Positions 16,914 through 26,153 of a DNA stretch of 57,637 nt are shown here, one piece after another. The stretch lies in the IMG/VR virus record IMGVR_UViG_3300030110_000139, positions 1 through 57,637 of that record. One strand, written 5' to 3'. The DNA is from a virus (lineage: Duplodnaviria > Caudoviricetes). The notes below the pieces were generated by a model. That model had not been told where the DNA came from. It was given only the letters and a program-made list of their open reading frames with translations, and made no database searches. Made by a program: the position numbers and the translations under genes. Numbering within the stretch: position 1 is the stretch's first letter; each line of letters opens with the position of its first letter.

Positions 16914-18342
16914 TATCTGCTTCCTTTATAGCATAAAATATTCGAGCTACCACTTGAGGCACGATGCTATTCCCTAAACATCTAAGTCGGTGTACCCTGT
17001 TGGATACCCCATGAGCCACTCTACCCACGTTGGGTTCAACGTCCCAGGTGATTGGTCTCTCACGGAAGGGTGGTTGCCTAACATCTTTTGCATCTTTCCA
17101 CCCGGTCTGCCCGCCGCATCTTCGTTTGCTGATGGTGTAGGGAACATCTCCTTTTTCTTGTTCTCCCAATAAACTTTTCTTGGCAGACTCATTCTTTGAC
17201 GATTCTCCTTCCAATTTTCCATGTTGCCCGAGTCCTTGTAATCCCTTGCTGTTGGTGTTGGAAACATCTCTCTCTTGGGATAATTCCATTTCTCCATTCT
17301 TGGTGGTCTGAGAGTGCAACCTAGCATCTGCTCTGCTTGTTGTTCGGTCATCTCCCCCGCCTCTACCTTCTTTCTGAAGATCATAGTCTGACCCATTGAT
17401 GCGTGTCCGTACCCCTTTGTTGTCGGTGTCGGCCACATTATCTCTTCCCTTACTCTTGGTGTTGGAAACATCTTCACTTCGTCCACTAATGTTATTGCAC
17501 TTGAGCCGTCTTTCTTCACTTTCTCGTAAAGCTCCTTGCTCTTCGGACCTTGCTTGGCATTCGCTGCTGTTGGTGTCCTCCACATCTTCACGCTGTCTGC
17601 TAAGTTCAGACTGTGACTGCTCTTCCCGTCTTTGCTCAACCTCCTGTTGTTCGGTGTCAACTCCACTTGTGGGTGCTCTATCTCCTGTGTTGTTGGTGTT
17701 GGCCATAAGGTCGAAGATGTCTGTTTGTACATATCCATTGTCTTGTTGTCCACTTGCTCCCTCAAGTTCGCTGGCTTTGTTCGTCCCTTGCGTTGACCCT
17801 CCATCAATTTGATTGTCCCCTCTTCTGAACGAGGTGGCAGATGATCCATTGTGTTCGGTGTGGCCCACAACCCAGCATCGCATTCGTCTATGTTTTGCAT
17901 CGACGGCTGCAGCTGGAATAAGATATGGGATGGCTTTGTATCCGATACTTTCCAGGTCAATGAGACTTCTTCTGAGGCCCATTGGCATTGTAACAAAGCC
18001 TGACACATTTTCGCCAATGACCCATTTAGGCCGTATGTCTTCAATAATCCTAACCATTTCGTGCCAGAGATCTCGGTCGTCTTCGCTTCCTCTCTGAGAG
18101 CCTGCGACACTCCAAGGTTGACATGGGAATCCTCCAACAACGATGTCTGCATCTTTGTATTCTTTTCCATTAAAACTCCTTATATCACTATATATTGGTA
18201 CATCGTGCCAATGTTTACGCAAGACTTTTTGACAATATTGATCTCTCTCAACAAAAGCTACTGTCTCAAAGCCACCTACTATTTGTTCTGCAGCATAACT
18301 AAATCCGCCTATGCCACTAAATAAATCTACTATCTTATACAT
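16897..18342 (-). CDS. C5-cytosine DNA methyltransferase, alpha chain (lacks motif IX)
   Basis: DLFSGIGG (I), GGFPCQ (IV), ENV (VI), HRRMR (VIII), LGNSIVP (X); long low-complexity middle. Confidence 0.9.
   Translation of the reverse strand: MYKIVDLFSGIGGFSYAAEQIVGGFETVAFVERDQYCQKVLRKHWHDVPIYSDIRSFNGKEYKDADIVVGGFPCQPWSVAGSQRGSEDDRDLWHEMVRIIEDIRPKWVIGENVSGFVTMPMGLRRSLIDLESIGYKAIPYLIPAAAVDAKHRRMRCWVVGHTEHNGSSATSFRRGDNQIDGGSTQGTNKASELEGASGQQDNGYVQTDIFDLMANTNNTGDRAPTSGVDTEQQEVEQRREEQSQSELSRQREDVEDTNSSECQARSEEQGALRESEERRLKCNNISGRSEDVSNTKSKGRDNVADTDNKGVRTRINGSDYDLQKEGRGGGDDRTTSRADARLHSQTTKNGEMELSQERDVSNTNSKGLQGLGQHGKLEGESSKNESAKKSLLGEQEKGDVPYTISKRRCGGQTGWKDAKDVRQPPFRERPITWDVEPNVGRVAHGVSNRVHRLRCLGNSIVPQVVARIFYAIKEADNDSKV
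16974..18170 (-). CDS. Nested alternative-frame methyltransferase beta chain with seven (W/F)xTP repeats and a motif IX-like C-terminus
   Basis: 398-codon open frame, internal AGGAG RBS 6 nt before ATG, LNPTWVEWLMGYP. Confidence 0.75.
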   Translation of the reverse strand: MEKNTKMQTSLLEDSHVNLGVSQALREEAKTTEISGTKWLGLLKTYGLNGSLAKMCQALLQCQWASEEVSLTWKVSDTKPSHILFQLQPSMQNIDECDAGLWATPNTMDHLPPRSEEGTIKLMEGQRKGRTKPANLREQVDNKTMDMYKQTSSTLWPTPTTQEIEHPQVELTPNNRRLSKDGKSSHSLNLADSVKMWRTPTAANAKQGPKSKELYEKVKKDGSSAITLVDEVKMFPTPRVREEIMWPTPTTKGYGHASMGQTMIFRKKVEAGEMTEQQAEQMLGCTLRPPRMEKWNYPKREMFPTPTARDYKDSGNMENWKENRQRMSLPRKVYWENKKKEMFPTPSANEDAAGRPGGKMQKMLGNHPSVRDQSPGTLNPTWVEWLMGYPTGYTDLDV

Positions 18343-20512
18343 TGTCTCTCGCTGTAGTCGCCTCGTATTCACCTCTGCTCATTGCACCATCTATAGTGCC
18401 AAGCCATTTCCTACCACCACTTGTGCTAAATGAATACTTTGCAAGTCTACCCTCTTGTATAAGTTCTCTGACAAGACCATCAATCATTCTTTGTGTGCAA
18501 TTGTTTAATACTCGTGGTGCATCAGTATCAGCAGACATACGTTGCGTTATAGCATCTGCACCAGACTGTTGTGTCATAGCTCTGCCTTCTCTTTCACAAT
18601 CTGCAATCCAATTAAATAATGCGGTCTTTTTAATCTCTTTATTTGTACCACTATGCAGTCTTGAGATATCATCACTCTTATCAATCAATAAGCCACTATA
18701 TTCATCTCTAATAAAATGTCTTATGTTTCTGTTTGCAGGTCCATTAGACTTTACTACTGCACCATCAAAGCATTTGTTTCGTTTGTATTCTATTCCTAAA
18801 TCTTGACATCTTCTGCGTCCATTAGCCTCATCTACTTGCCATAATGCAAAAGCACAACGAACACCATCTACCAATGCAGACGTACCTCTAATCATATTTC
18901 TTGCTTGTTCAGGTGTATTTACAACTAAATCTTCTTTAACTTTAGTCATGTGGTGACACATAATAACAGACGCACCGGTTTCTGTAGCTATCTGTGCCAA
19001 TAGTCCAGTTAATGCTGCACCTGCTGCAGGGTCTGAGTTTACATCTGCATGAACAAATGAAGCTAACGGATCAAAGACAATTAGTTTTAAATTTTTCATC
19101 TGTAGTATTTGCTCATAAATTTTATCAAATTCATCGCTTGTTCTGTATCCATCATGTGTTTCTTGTAATATTGGAAATACACCACCAACATTAGGTAAAC
19201 TTACAATTCGTAACTCATGATCATATTCAATTCTACTGCCACTAGCATCAAGTCTTTCAATACGTCTGTGCATCTCTGCTTCGTCATCTTCTGCTGTAAA
19301 TATAATAGAATTACCAAACTCACTAATCATGCCACCAAAAGATTCTTGCATTGACTGACCACTTGATACTTTCATAGCTAAGTCAAGTGTCATCATGCCT
19401 TTACCACTATCACCTGCAGCAGAGAATATTATAGGCACTGCTAAAGGTAATGTGTTTGCTATCAAAAACTTTTGCTCTGGTGCTTGTCCTACAAATCTAT
19501 TAATGAGCATACTGTCATCAAGAAGATTAATATTCTTTTTAACTTGCTTTACATTGGTGTTAAGAAACTCGTTAATGTTAAATTGCTCTGCTATCGCATC
19601 AACAACATCCCATCTTTCAGGCTTACCTCTTGGTGGCGTTAATGTGGTTACTGATTTGACACCAGCGTTTAATGCAAGTTCTTGTACTAGCTCTGCAACT
19701 TTACGACCAGCTGTGTCATTATCTGGCCAAATCACAAGTTCTTTCTCATGTAATGGAGAAAAGTCAAATAAGTTTGCAGACTTTCTTGACAACATACCCG
19801 CACCACCCATAGTACAAGTTGTTGTATAACCTAAGTCATTTAAGGCATCTGCACACTTTTCACCCTCAACCCATATAATTTTTTCAGAGGCTATAATGTT
19901 TGGTATGTTGTATAGTGGGCGAACATCAGGCATACGAGGATAATTACTGCCACCTGTAAACTGTCTAAATTCTTTCTTTGGTTTGCCGTGTGAATCAAGT
20001 ATTGGATTTCCATCTTGATCTATATCGTTGTATCTTCTAACAAGACAAAGTAATTCACCTTGAGCATTTAAATATCTGTGTTCGCTATCATATGGTGTAT
20101 TAATGTTTATTTGTTTAGCTTCAGGTTTAATAATTGAACTTATGCTTTCTATTGGTTGTGGTGCTTCGTTATCCAAATATGAATCAAACAACTCTTTAAC
20201 TTCTGGTAACTTCATGTTTCTACCTTCCATCAAAATTTTAACGATACCACCCACTCCATCTGCACCATTAAAATCTTGCCCTTTCATAAAATAAGGAGAC
20301 CTTGGATTTATATCAATTTTTAAAGACTTTCCAGCTTCGCCATGTAACGAGCCTATTGTAAATTGATCTCCTCTAATTACACCTTGAGGATAGGTTTCTC
20401 TTAACATATCAATTTGTACACTCGCTGGGACTTTTTGACTTATCATTTCAACAAGTTCTTTGGAATCCATACTGCGTTTATTATTGCCAAATTTAATAAT
20501 GTTCATTACCAT
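18335..20512 (-). CDS. Primase-helicase (Toprim domain + RecA-like AAA_25 helicase)
   Basis: WVEGEKCAD and WPDND Toprim motifs; GDSGKG Walker A, IVFDP Walker B, CHH. Confidence 0.88.
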   Translation of the reverse strand: MVMNIIKFGNNKRSMDSKELVEMISQKVPASVQIDMLRETYPQGVIRGDQFTIGSLHGEAGKSLKIDINPRSPYFMKGQDFNGADGVGGIVKILMEGRNMKLPEVKELFDSYLDNEAPQPIESISSIIKPEAKQININTPYDSEHRYLNAQGELLCLVRRYNDIDQDGNPILDSHGKPKKEFRQFTGGSNYPRMPDVRPLYNIPNIIASEKIIWVEGEKCADALNDLGYTTTCTMGGAGMLSRKSANLFDFSPLHEKELVIWPDNDTAGRKVAELVQELALNAGVKSVTTLTPPRGKPERWDVVDAIAEQFNINEFLNTNVKQVKKNINLLDDSMLINRFVGQAPEQKFLIANTLPLAVPIIFSAAGDSGKGMMTLDLAMKVSSGQSMQESFGGMISEFGNSIIFTAEDDEAEMHRRIERLDASGSRIEYDHELRIVSLPNVGGVFPILQETHDGYRTSDEFDKIYEQILQMKNLKLIVFDPLASFVHADVNSDPAAGAALTGLLAQIATETGASVIMCHHMTKVKEDLVVNTPEQARNMIRGTSALVDGVRCAFALWQVDEANGRRRCQDLGIEYKRNKCFDGAVVKSNGPANRNIRHFIRDEYSGLLIDKSDDISRLHSGTNKEIKKTALFNWIADCEREGRAMTQQSGADAITQRMSADTDAPRVLNNCTQRMIDGLVRELIQEGRLAKYSFSTSGGRKWLGTIDGAMSRGEYEATTARDNV

Positions 20513-20552
20513 CTCCTATGATGGCGGTACTTTGCTACCTTCTGTATCGCCA

Positions 20553-21338
20553 TCACCCTTCACTCCAACAAGTATTTGAATACTGACAAAATCTACAATC
20601 AAACACATCTCTATTCTGTGCTATTCTTGGCAGCATTTCATTTTGCTTAGATGCTCTTAATATATTAACTGCTCTATCACTAGCATATTGTGCCAACTCT
20701 TGATTAAACGGAACTAGCTCATAATAGATTTCACTTGTGTTCTTGTTAATAACTGTGAATAAACATGGATTATCTGTCAGTTCCATGTAAGCTTGATACA
20801 AGGCAACTTGTACTTCATATGTAGGATTTGCCTTAATACCTTTAAACCTAAAATCTCTAAACTTTTTCTCATTAGCAGATTTACATTCCCAAAGCATGGG
20901 GTAATCAACATCAAGAGGTCCACCACATATCACGCCATCTATGTGTCCTTTAATCTCATCATCTGCTATTGCAAAGCCAAACTGTTCGCCATTCTTGTCT
21001 ATAGTCCTTAAATCAAAACCCGCATTTCTAATCCATCCAGCCATACTGTTTTCTAACTCATGGCCTAACTGAAATATTCTTAATGTTTGTGCATTAAACT
21101 CTTTGTTTTCATCTGGTTGTTGCCCTTGATAAGTATACTGTATTTTTCTTGCACATTTATCACCTAGCATAGAACCACCTAAATATCTTCTTCTAGGTTG
21201 AGACTTATTCTTCTCAACAATAATCTTATCAATGATTTCTTCAAAAGGGTAATTCATTGTCTGTTGGTTCTGTTTCGTCTTTGCCGTGGACATATTTAAG
21301 AAGTAATCTATCGAGTTCTTGTTTGTTGTATTGTTCAT
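20553..21338 (-). CDS. Cas4-like PD-(D/E)XK exonuclease
   Basis: C.RK, GHELE, GHIDG, WECKS, Q...Y, C-terminal CRFC...C; true start probably MNYPFEE. Confidence 0.82.
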   Translation of the reverse strand: MNNTTNKNSIDYFLNMSTAKTKQNQQTMNYPFEEIIDKIIVEKNKSQPRRRYLGGSMLGDKCARKIQYTYQGQQPDENKEFNAQTLRIFQLGHELENSMAGWIRNAGFDLRTIDKNGEQFGFAIADDEIKGHIDGVICGGPLDVDYPMLWECKSANEKKFRDFRFKGIKANPTYEVQVALYQAYMELTDNPCLFTVINKNTSEIYYELVPFNQELAQYASDRAVNILRASKQNEMLPRIAQNRDVFDCRFCQYSNTCWSEG

Positions 21339-21489
21339 CTTCTTCTACCTTCTTTGAGAATTGCATTATTGTAACTGTGGCTTTTATTTCCTCTTCAGTC
21401 AAATCACTAAGTTTTTTATCCCAACTAAACCTAGTAAAAAGTTTAGTTAAATTTGTTAATGAATCGTCTCCGATATTGGGTTTATCCAT
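21241..21489 (-). CDS. Hypothetical protein
   Basis: ORF in replication operon ending DNELPF. Confidence 0.6.
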   Translation of the reverse strand: MDKPNIGDDSLTNLTKLFTRFSWDKKLSDLTEEEIKATVTIMQFSKKVEEDEQYNKQELDRLLLKYVHGKDETEPTDNELPF

Positions 21490-21740
21490 CTACCTTCTCC
21501 CTCTTTATAAAGTGAACCAGTTAAAATTTCCATGCCATCAAAAAATGCGGAAAAAGTAATTTGTAAAACCTCGTTCTTGTTTAACTTAACAATTCTATCA
21601 AATGTCTTTCCAAGATCATCAGCTAGTATATCTGGGTCTCCACCAAGCTTAAACCACATGAATAAACTACCTTCTTTTACATTTTCTACACCAACTTTAT
21701 TCTCTTCGTGAATAAGATATTTAACTTCCATTCTTGCCAT
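21456..21740 (-). CDS. Hypothetical protein
   Basis: ORF in replication operon. Confidence 0.6.
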   Translation of the reverse strand: MARMEVKYLIHEENKVGVENVKEGSLFMWFKLGGDPDILADDLGKTFDRIVKLNKNEVLQITFSAFFDGMEILTGSLYKEGEGRWINPISETIH

Positions 21741-22023
21741 CTTTTGCCTCTATTGCTAATGCCGCATATCCAATAATGTCAATCATGTTATCTTCTACTT
21801 TTGGATTTTGGCTGTTTCTAATTTGCTTAATACCTATCATTGCTCTGTAAACATCATGTATATCAAGCGGCTCTTTTAATTTCTTTCTTAATAATATGTT
21901 CCACATCTGAGCTATGTAAGTATGTGTCTCTGTAGCGTCACCATGAGATTTCGCTCGTGAACCATTTATTAGTAAGTCTGCTTTTTTTAAAGCTTCACTA
22001 CGCTGCACTATTCCCTCCTTCAT
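21721..22023 (-). CDS. DUF6378-like phage protein
   Basis: R...HGD...IAQMW...K..R...DNMIDIIGYAAL pattern. Confidence 0.7.
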   Translation of the reverse strand: MKEGIVQRSEALKKADLLINGSRAKSHGDATETHTYIAQMWNILLRKKLKEPLDIHDVYRAMIGIKQIRNSQNPKVEDNMIDIIGYAALAIEAKDGKNGS

Positions 22024-23680
22024 AATAATTTAGAATTTTTGCATCAATTTCTTTTTTATTCCACAAGTAATTTAACCAACAAGCGGCTTTGTACTTATTC
22101 CAACTAAAATCCATTGGTCTAACAAACTGACCTAACATAGCTAAAGCGTTCTTTTGTTTCATTGTTACGCCTTGATTTAGCCATCTTTTACCTTTCTTTG
22201 CACCATCACTATCTTCAATGCCTCTCAGAAAGTCATCAGCAGACGCAATAGCTTGTTCTTTAGTACCTACACTAACAACCCTTAAACGCCCTTTGTTACG
22301 CCTTACAAGAGCGACAGAAATGTCATTTAAGTGTGCAACTAATCCAAATCCATTAAACCCACTAGCCATCATACATCTTTTGTTTTCAAACAAATCAAGC
22401 CATCTAAAAGGCGATCTATCAATCAAATCAACCTCAGTCATAGTAAACTCATCAAGAACTTCTTTGTCTTGTGTGCCAAACTCATGTCCACAGATAGGAC
22501 ATTCTCGTGATGACAAAGGTATCTCTGATTGACAATCTGGACAAACTTTAAGTGGCGTTGCACCAGCGTTAGTTGCTTGTGCTCCATCAAGATCAACGCC
22601 CTCATCTAATGAACCATGTGTAAGCACACTTGTTCCAAAATCTAATACAATGCAATTTTTTTTAATCAGACCAGGATATTCTTCTTGATTGACAGTTCTT
22701 AATCCACGACCAATCATCTGTACCATTGTTGATTTATATGAACATGGTCTAGTCAATACAATGCAACTAATTGGTGGTGCATCAAAACCCTCGGTCAATA
22801 CTGCTACGTTTACAACGACTTGAACATCACCATGCTCTAAATCATGTAAAATTTGCTTTCTTTGTTCGCTTGGTGTGTCTCCAGTAACAATTTCTGCTCT
22901 AACATTCTTACGTCTAAATTCATCACATACATCTTGTGCATGGACAATGGTGCTACAGAAGATGACTGTCTTTCTCTCATTAGCTTTGTCTTGCCACTCT
23001 TCAACAATCTTTTCATTAATAGCTCTCTTGTTCATAATCTTTTCAACTTCTGACATATCAAAATCAGTTACAGTCTTACGAACATTCTCTAAATCTTTCT
23101 GTACACCTACATCAACAACATACGTTTTTGGTGGCACTAAAAAGCCTTCTCTAATTAATGTGCTAATCTCAATTTGATGTGAGCAGTTGGTGAATACTTT
23201 TCTTAAACCTTTTCTGTCTCCACGATTGGGTGTTGCAGTAAAACCTACAATCTCAACAGATTCATTGGCTTGTCTAACTTTATCAATAATACGCATATAA
23301 GTATCTGCTACTGCATGATGACTTTCATCAACAACAACAAGATCAAAGTGACTTATGTTATTTAAATTGTTCTCTCTTGATAGCGTTTGCACCATGCTAA
23401 AGATAGTGCTGCCATTCCAATCTTTTTCTGACCCATCAACAATACTGGTTGTGATGTTTGGGTTAACTCTTGAAAACTTTGTTTTGTTTTGTCTTACTAA
23501 CTCATCTCTGTGTTGCAATACCAAAACTTTATTTCCAACTTTAAATCTTTTACCAACCAATGCAGACAACATAATAGTTTTGCCCGCACCAGTAGGTGCA
23601 ACTACAATTGTGTTCTTATGTTTGTCTAAAGCAGTTGAAGCATCGTCTACTGCTATCTCTTGGTATGGTCTTAAAATCAT
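21998..23680 (-). CDS. Superfamily 2 DEAD/DEAH helicase with zinc ribbon
   Basis: LRPYQ, PTGAGKT, DESHH, TATP, TEGFD, QMIGRGLR, CPDC/CPIC. Confidence 0.93.
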   Translation of the reverse strand: MILRPYQEIAVDDASTALDKHKNTIVVAPTGAGKTIMLSALVGKRFKVGNKVLVLQHRDELVRQNKTKFSRVNPNITTSIVDGSEKDWNGSTIFSMVQTLSRENNLNNISHFDLVVVDESHHAVADTYMRIIDKVRQANESVEIVGFTATPNRGDRKGLRKVFTNCSHQIEISTLIREGFLVPPKTYVVDVGVQKDLENVRKTVTDFDMSEVEKIMNKRAINEKIVEEWQDKANERKTVIFCSTIVHAQDVCDEFRRKNVRAEIVTGDTPSEQRKQILHDLEHGDVQVVVNVAVLTEGFDAPPISCIVLTRPCSYKSTMVQMIGRGLRTVNQEEYPGLIKKNCIVLDFGTSVLTHGSLDEGVDLDGAQATNAGATPLKVCPDCQSEIPLSSRECPICGHEFGTQDKEVLDEFTMTEVDLIDRSPFRWLDLFENKRCMMASGFNGFGLVAHLNDISVALVRRNKGRLRVVSVGTKEQAIASADDFLRGIEDSDGAKKGKRWLNQGVTMKQKNALAMLGQFVRPMDFSWNKYKAACWLNYLWNKKEIDAKILNYYEGGNSAA

Positions 23681-23698
23681 GTTTGTGTTCCTTTTGTG

Positions 23699-23770
23699 TT
23701 GGGTAGCTTTGCGGCATCGGTGCTACCCAAAACCGACTCTAGCAGACGAGAAAGGTGTCCTGCCGCTAGA
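23699..23770 (-). promoter_or_regulatory. Structured RNA element (pseudoknot-capable) in the helicase leader
   Basis: Complementary pairs TTGGGTAGC/GCTACCCAA, TCGGT/ACCGA, GCGGCA/TGCCGC, CTAGC/GCTAG. Confidence 0.55.
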
Positions 23771-23781
23771 AATCTAGAATC

Positions 23782-24396
23782 CTACTTCTTTGCCCAATTT
23801 GGAACAACACCACTATTAGGTGTTTGGTTCGGTTGTTGGGTTTGAGGATTAACTTGTGGTTGCTGTGATTGTACTGGTGCTTGACCAGTTGAACCAAGGT
23901 ATTCTTTGCTATTAACAGCTAATGCAACTAACATTTTATTTTTGTCAGCATAACCATTAGTGCCTTTCTCAACAGCAATTTTTACACAAAATTCTGCACC
24001 ATCTAAAACACTTAGATCATTGACCTTTCTTCTGCTTGACGCTTCGGGTGAAGTGTCATTAGGGTCAAGACCAAACGTGCTATTGATGATGTCTCTAAAA
24101 GTTTTTATACCTATTTCTTTGCACCAAGGCATACCAGTTTCAGGGTTCATCTTGCCACCATCACACATGACATTCTGCCAAAACTTACGTTTATCATATG
24201 GTCCACCTACTATGGTAAACTCACAGTCTAAAAATTTAGCACCTGATGACCCTATTTTAAACATCGGTTGAGATGAATAATCTTGGATCACATGATCGCC
24301 TTTCTGCATTTTTAAAATAACACGAGCTACTGTTCCAGCTGGTATTAAATCAAACTCTCTATTAGAGTCATTCGGTACATTATTAAAATCAATCAT
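23782..24396 (-). CDS. Single-stranded DNA-binding protein-like (DUF669-type)
   Basis: FDLIPAG start, LDCEFTIV.G....RKFW, Q/P-rich tail ending PNW; follows a Sak4-like gene. Confidence 0.65.
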   Translation of the reverse strand: MIDFNNVPNDSNREFDLIPAGTVARVILKMQKGDHVIQDYSSQPMFKIGSSGAKFLDCEFTIVGGPYDKRKFWQNVMCDGGKMNPETGMPWCKEIGIKTFRDIINSTFGLDPNDTSPEASSRRKVNDLSVLDGAEFCVKIAVEKGTNGYADKNKMLVALAVNSKEYLGSTGQAPVQSQQPQVNPQTQQPNQTPNSGVVPNWAKK

Positions 24397-25262
24397 TTTT
24401 CTGTCTCCTTTTCGCTAGATTTGATTGAATTAGGATCAACAAAATTCAAGTTAGTTTTTTCTGCTGATCTTCCACTTATTTTTGTCAACAACTTACCAAG
24501 ATGTGGCTCTTCAACTATTTCAAGTTGACCAGACCTATCCTTGGCTGGATAACCCCATTCATTTAGTGTTTGACAAATAAAGGCTCTGTAAGGTCCGTGC
24601 TCTTCACTAGGCATTACTGCCATTGTTATAACTTCATCAACAATACCTGGAAGTTCACGACCAGTTTTTGAACCCTCTATCTGTAGTTCATACAAAGTTC
24701 TGCCGTAATCATCTACTTTCTCATCAAGAATGCCAACAAAGATAACATTCTTATCTCTAATATGTTGCAGATGTGTAAGCCATGCCATCATCTCACGACC
24801 TTGCATACCATAGACTGCTCTAGTATCAATCTTGCCAGTTCTATCAGATTTATTATCTTGATGACCATAACAATATTGAAAGCAAAGTCTGCCTGCAACT
24901 GTAATACTATCTACAAATATAGAATCGTATTTCTGCATAACTGTGAAAGAGTCGCCATACATCTGTGAAACTCTTTCATAATCAACACTACTATAAGGTT
25001 GATCAGTTGGTAAAGCTGGATTTGGTCCACCAAGAAAACAAGCAAAATCTCTGCACTCTTCCCATGTCTTGGGACGAATAACATCAATAGGCCATCTTTC
25101 AATAGCAGCATCACCAGCTTCTAAGTCCATAAATAATGTAGTGTCTGGGTCAAGAGTACGGGCAAGAGTAGTCTTACCCACACCACTTTGACCACAAACT
25201 ACAATCTTATGACCTCTTTTTTCTGCCAATCTTTCATCGGCTGTAATAATTTTAAGAGCCAT
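24393..25262 (-). CDS. Sak4-like (AAA_24) ATPase / recombinase
   Basis: GQSGVGKT, DLEAG, FVDSIT, AKDRSG. Confidence 0.82.
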   Translation of the reverse strand: MALKIITADERLAEKRGHKIVVCGQSGVGKTTLARTLDPDTTLFMDLEAGDAAIERWPIDVIRPKTWEECRDFACFLGGPNPALPTDQPYSSVDYERVSQMYGDSFTVMQKYDSIFVDSITVAGRLCFQYCYGHQDNKSDRTGKIDTRAVYGMQGREMMAWLTHLQHIRDKNVIFVGILDEKVDDYGRTLYELQIEGSKTGRELPGIVDEVITMAVMPSEEHGPYRAFICQTLNEWGYPAKDRSGQLEIVEEPHLGKLLTKISGRSAEKTNLNFVDPNSIKSSEKETEK

Positions 25263-25686
25263 TAGTATCCTCCGTAATATCCACAGTCGTTCCTGTCAGC
25301 TCAACAGTTCTGTGTTCTTGTAGTTTACCTTTAATAACAGGAGGTGCATTGTTATATTTACGCTCATCAATAGCATAAGTTATCCTAGCGTAGTGCCTTG
25401 CATCTTCTTGATCCATATTTAACAAAGTGCTTGCAAGACCTTGTTGATCCCAAGTTACCTTCTGTCTTAAAGTTACTTTAACCTTATAGCCTTGTTCATT
25501 TAATGTAACAGAGCCATAATCTTTGCCATCGTCATTTAACTTGTTTCTTGCTGTATTCCCAAATCTTATGGAAAGTTCTTCGTTAAGTAACGATTGCTTA
25601 TCTTTTAATGCCTGCATCTGCTGTTTAAGTTCTTCTCGATACTTAAATACATCTTGCATAGGCATATGTATAAAATCTAAATCCAT
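25252..25686 (-). CDS. Conserved phage hypothetical protein of the recombination module
   Basis: Coiled-coil N-terminus, KVTWDQ motif, AAAGGA RBS. Confidence 0.7.
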   Translation of the reverse strand: MDLDFIHMPMQDVFKYREELKQQMQALKDKQSLLNEELSIRFGNTARNKLNDDGKDYGSVTLNEQGYKVKVTLRQKVTWDQQGLASTLLNMDQEDARHYARITYAIDERKYNNAPPVIKGKLQEHRTVELTGTTVDITEDTNGS

Positions 25687-25728
25687 GATTGATCCTTTCT
25701 CAAATTATAATAGACACTAGATACCTAT

Positions 25729-25757
25729 AAAGTAGGCATACATATCCTATATGTCAA
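25729..25757 (-). promoter_or_regulatory. Sigma70 promoter of the replication operon with TAGG-N9-CCTA palindrome
   Basis: TTGACA-17 nt-TACTTT; spacer nearly identical to 11646-11670. Confidence 0.75.
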
Positions 25758-25766
25758 TAGTTATTG

Positions 25767-26141
25767 TTATTTTTTTTTGTAAGAAAGGTAAATATCTATA
25801 TTGTGTATGGCTTTCATCATTTTTTGTTTAAGTTTAAATTCGGGTGTCAACATACCTTTTGCATCTTCAACAATCAACTTTGAAAGTCCATTTTCTTCTT
25901 CTAATAAATATCTAAAATCTGCAATATAATTACATATTTTTACATTATTAATACTTAATTCATATTTTATTTGACGCTCTAATTGTGCAACAACGCCAGC
26001 TTTTTCCATAGCTTTAAGTTGTCCCCAACGCTCAGCCTCCCATTTAGAATCAAATGTTAAACCAAAGGCCAATGTTTTTTTTGCAAAATACTTATTGGCT
26101 CTTCTAGTTTTTTTGGGTATAAATGGGTATGAATAGGTCAT
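25767..26141 (-). CDS. DUF1064-family PD-(D/E)XK endonuclease
   Basis: NKY.AKK, FDSK.EA, YIADFRY, VEDAKG. Confidence 0.82.
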   Translation of the reverse strand: MTYSYPFIPKKTRRANKYFAKKTLAFGLTFDSKWEAERWGQLKAMEKAGVVAQLERQIKYELSINNVKICNYIADFRYLLEEENGLSKLIVEDAKGMLTPEFKLKQKMMKAIHNIDIYLSYKKK

Positions 26142-26153
26142 GGAGGTAGTATA

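Noticed and set aside
17100-17870. Intein or intron explaining the long MTase middle region
   Set aside because: No intein splice motifs or homing endonuclease; the nested frame explains the region better.
20553-21338. Cas4-like nuclease as evidence of a CRISPR-Cas system
   Set aside because: Solo Cas4-like exonucleases are common in phage recombination modules; no other cas genes or array.
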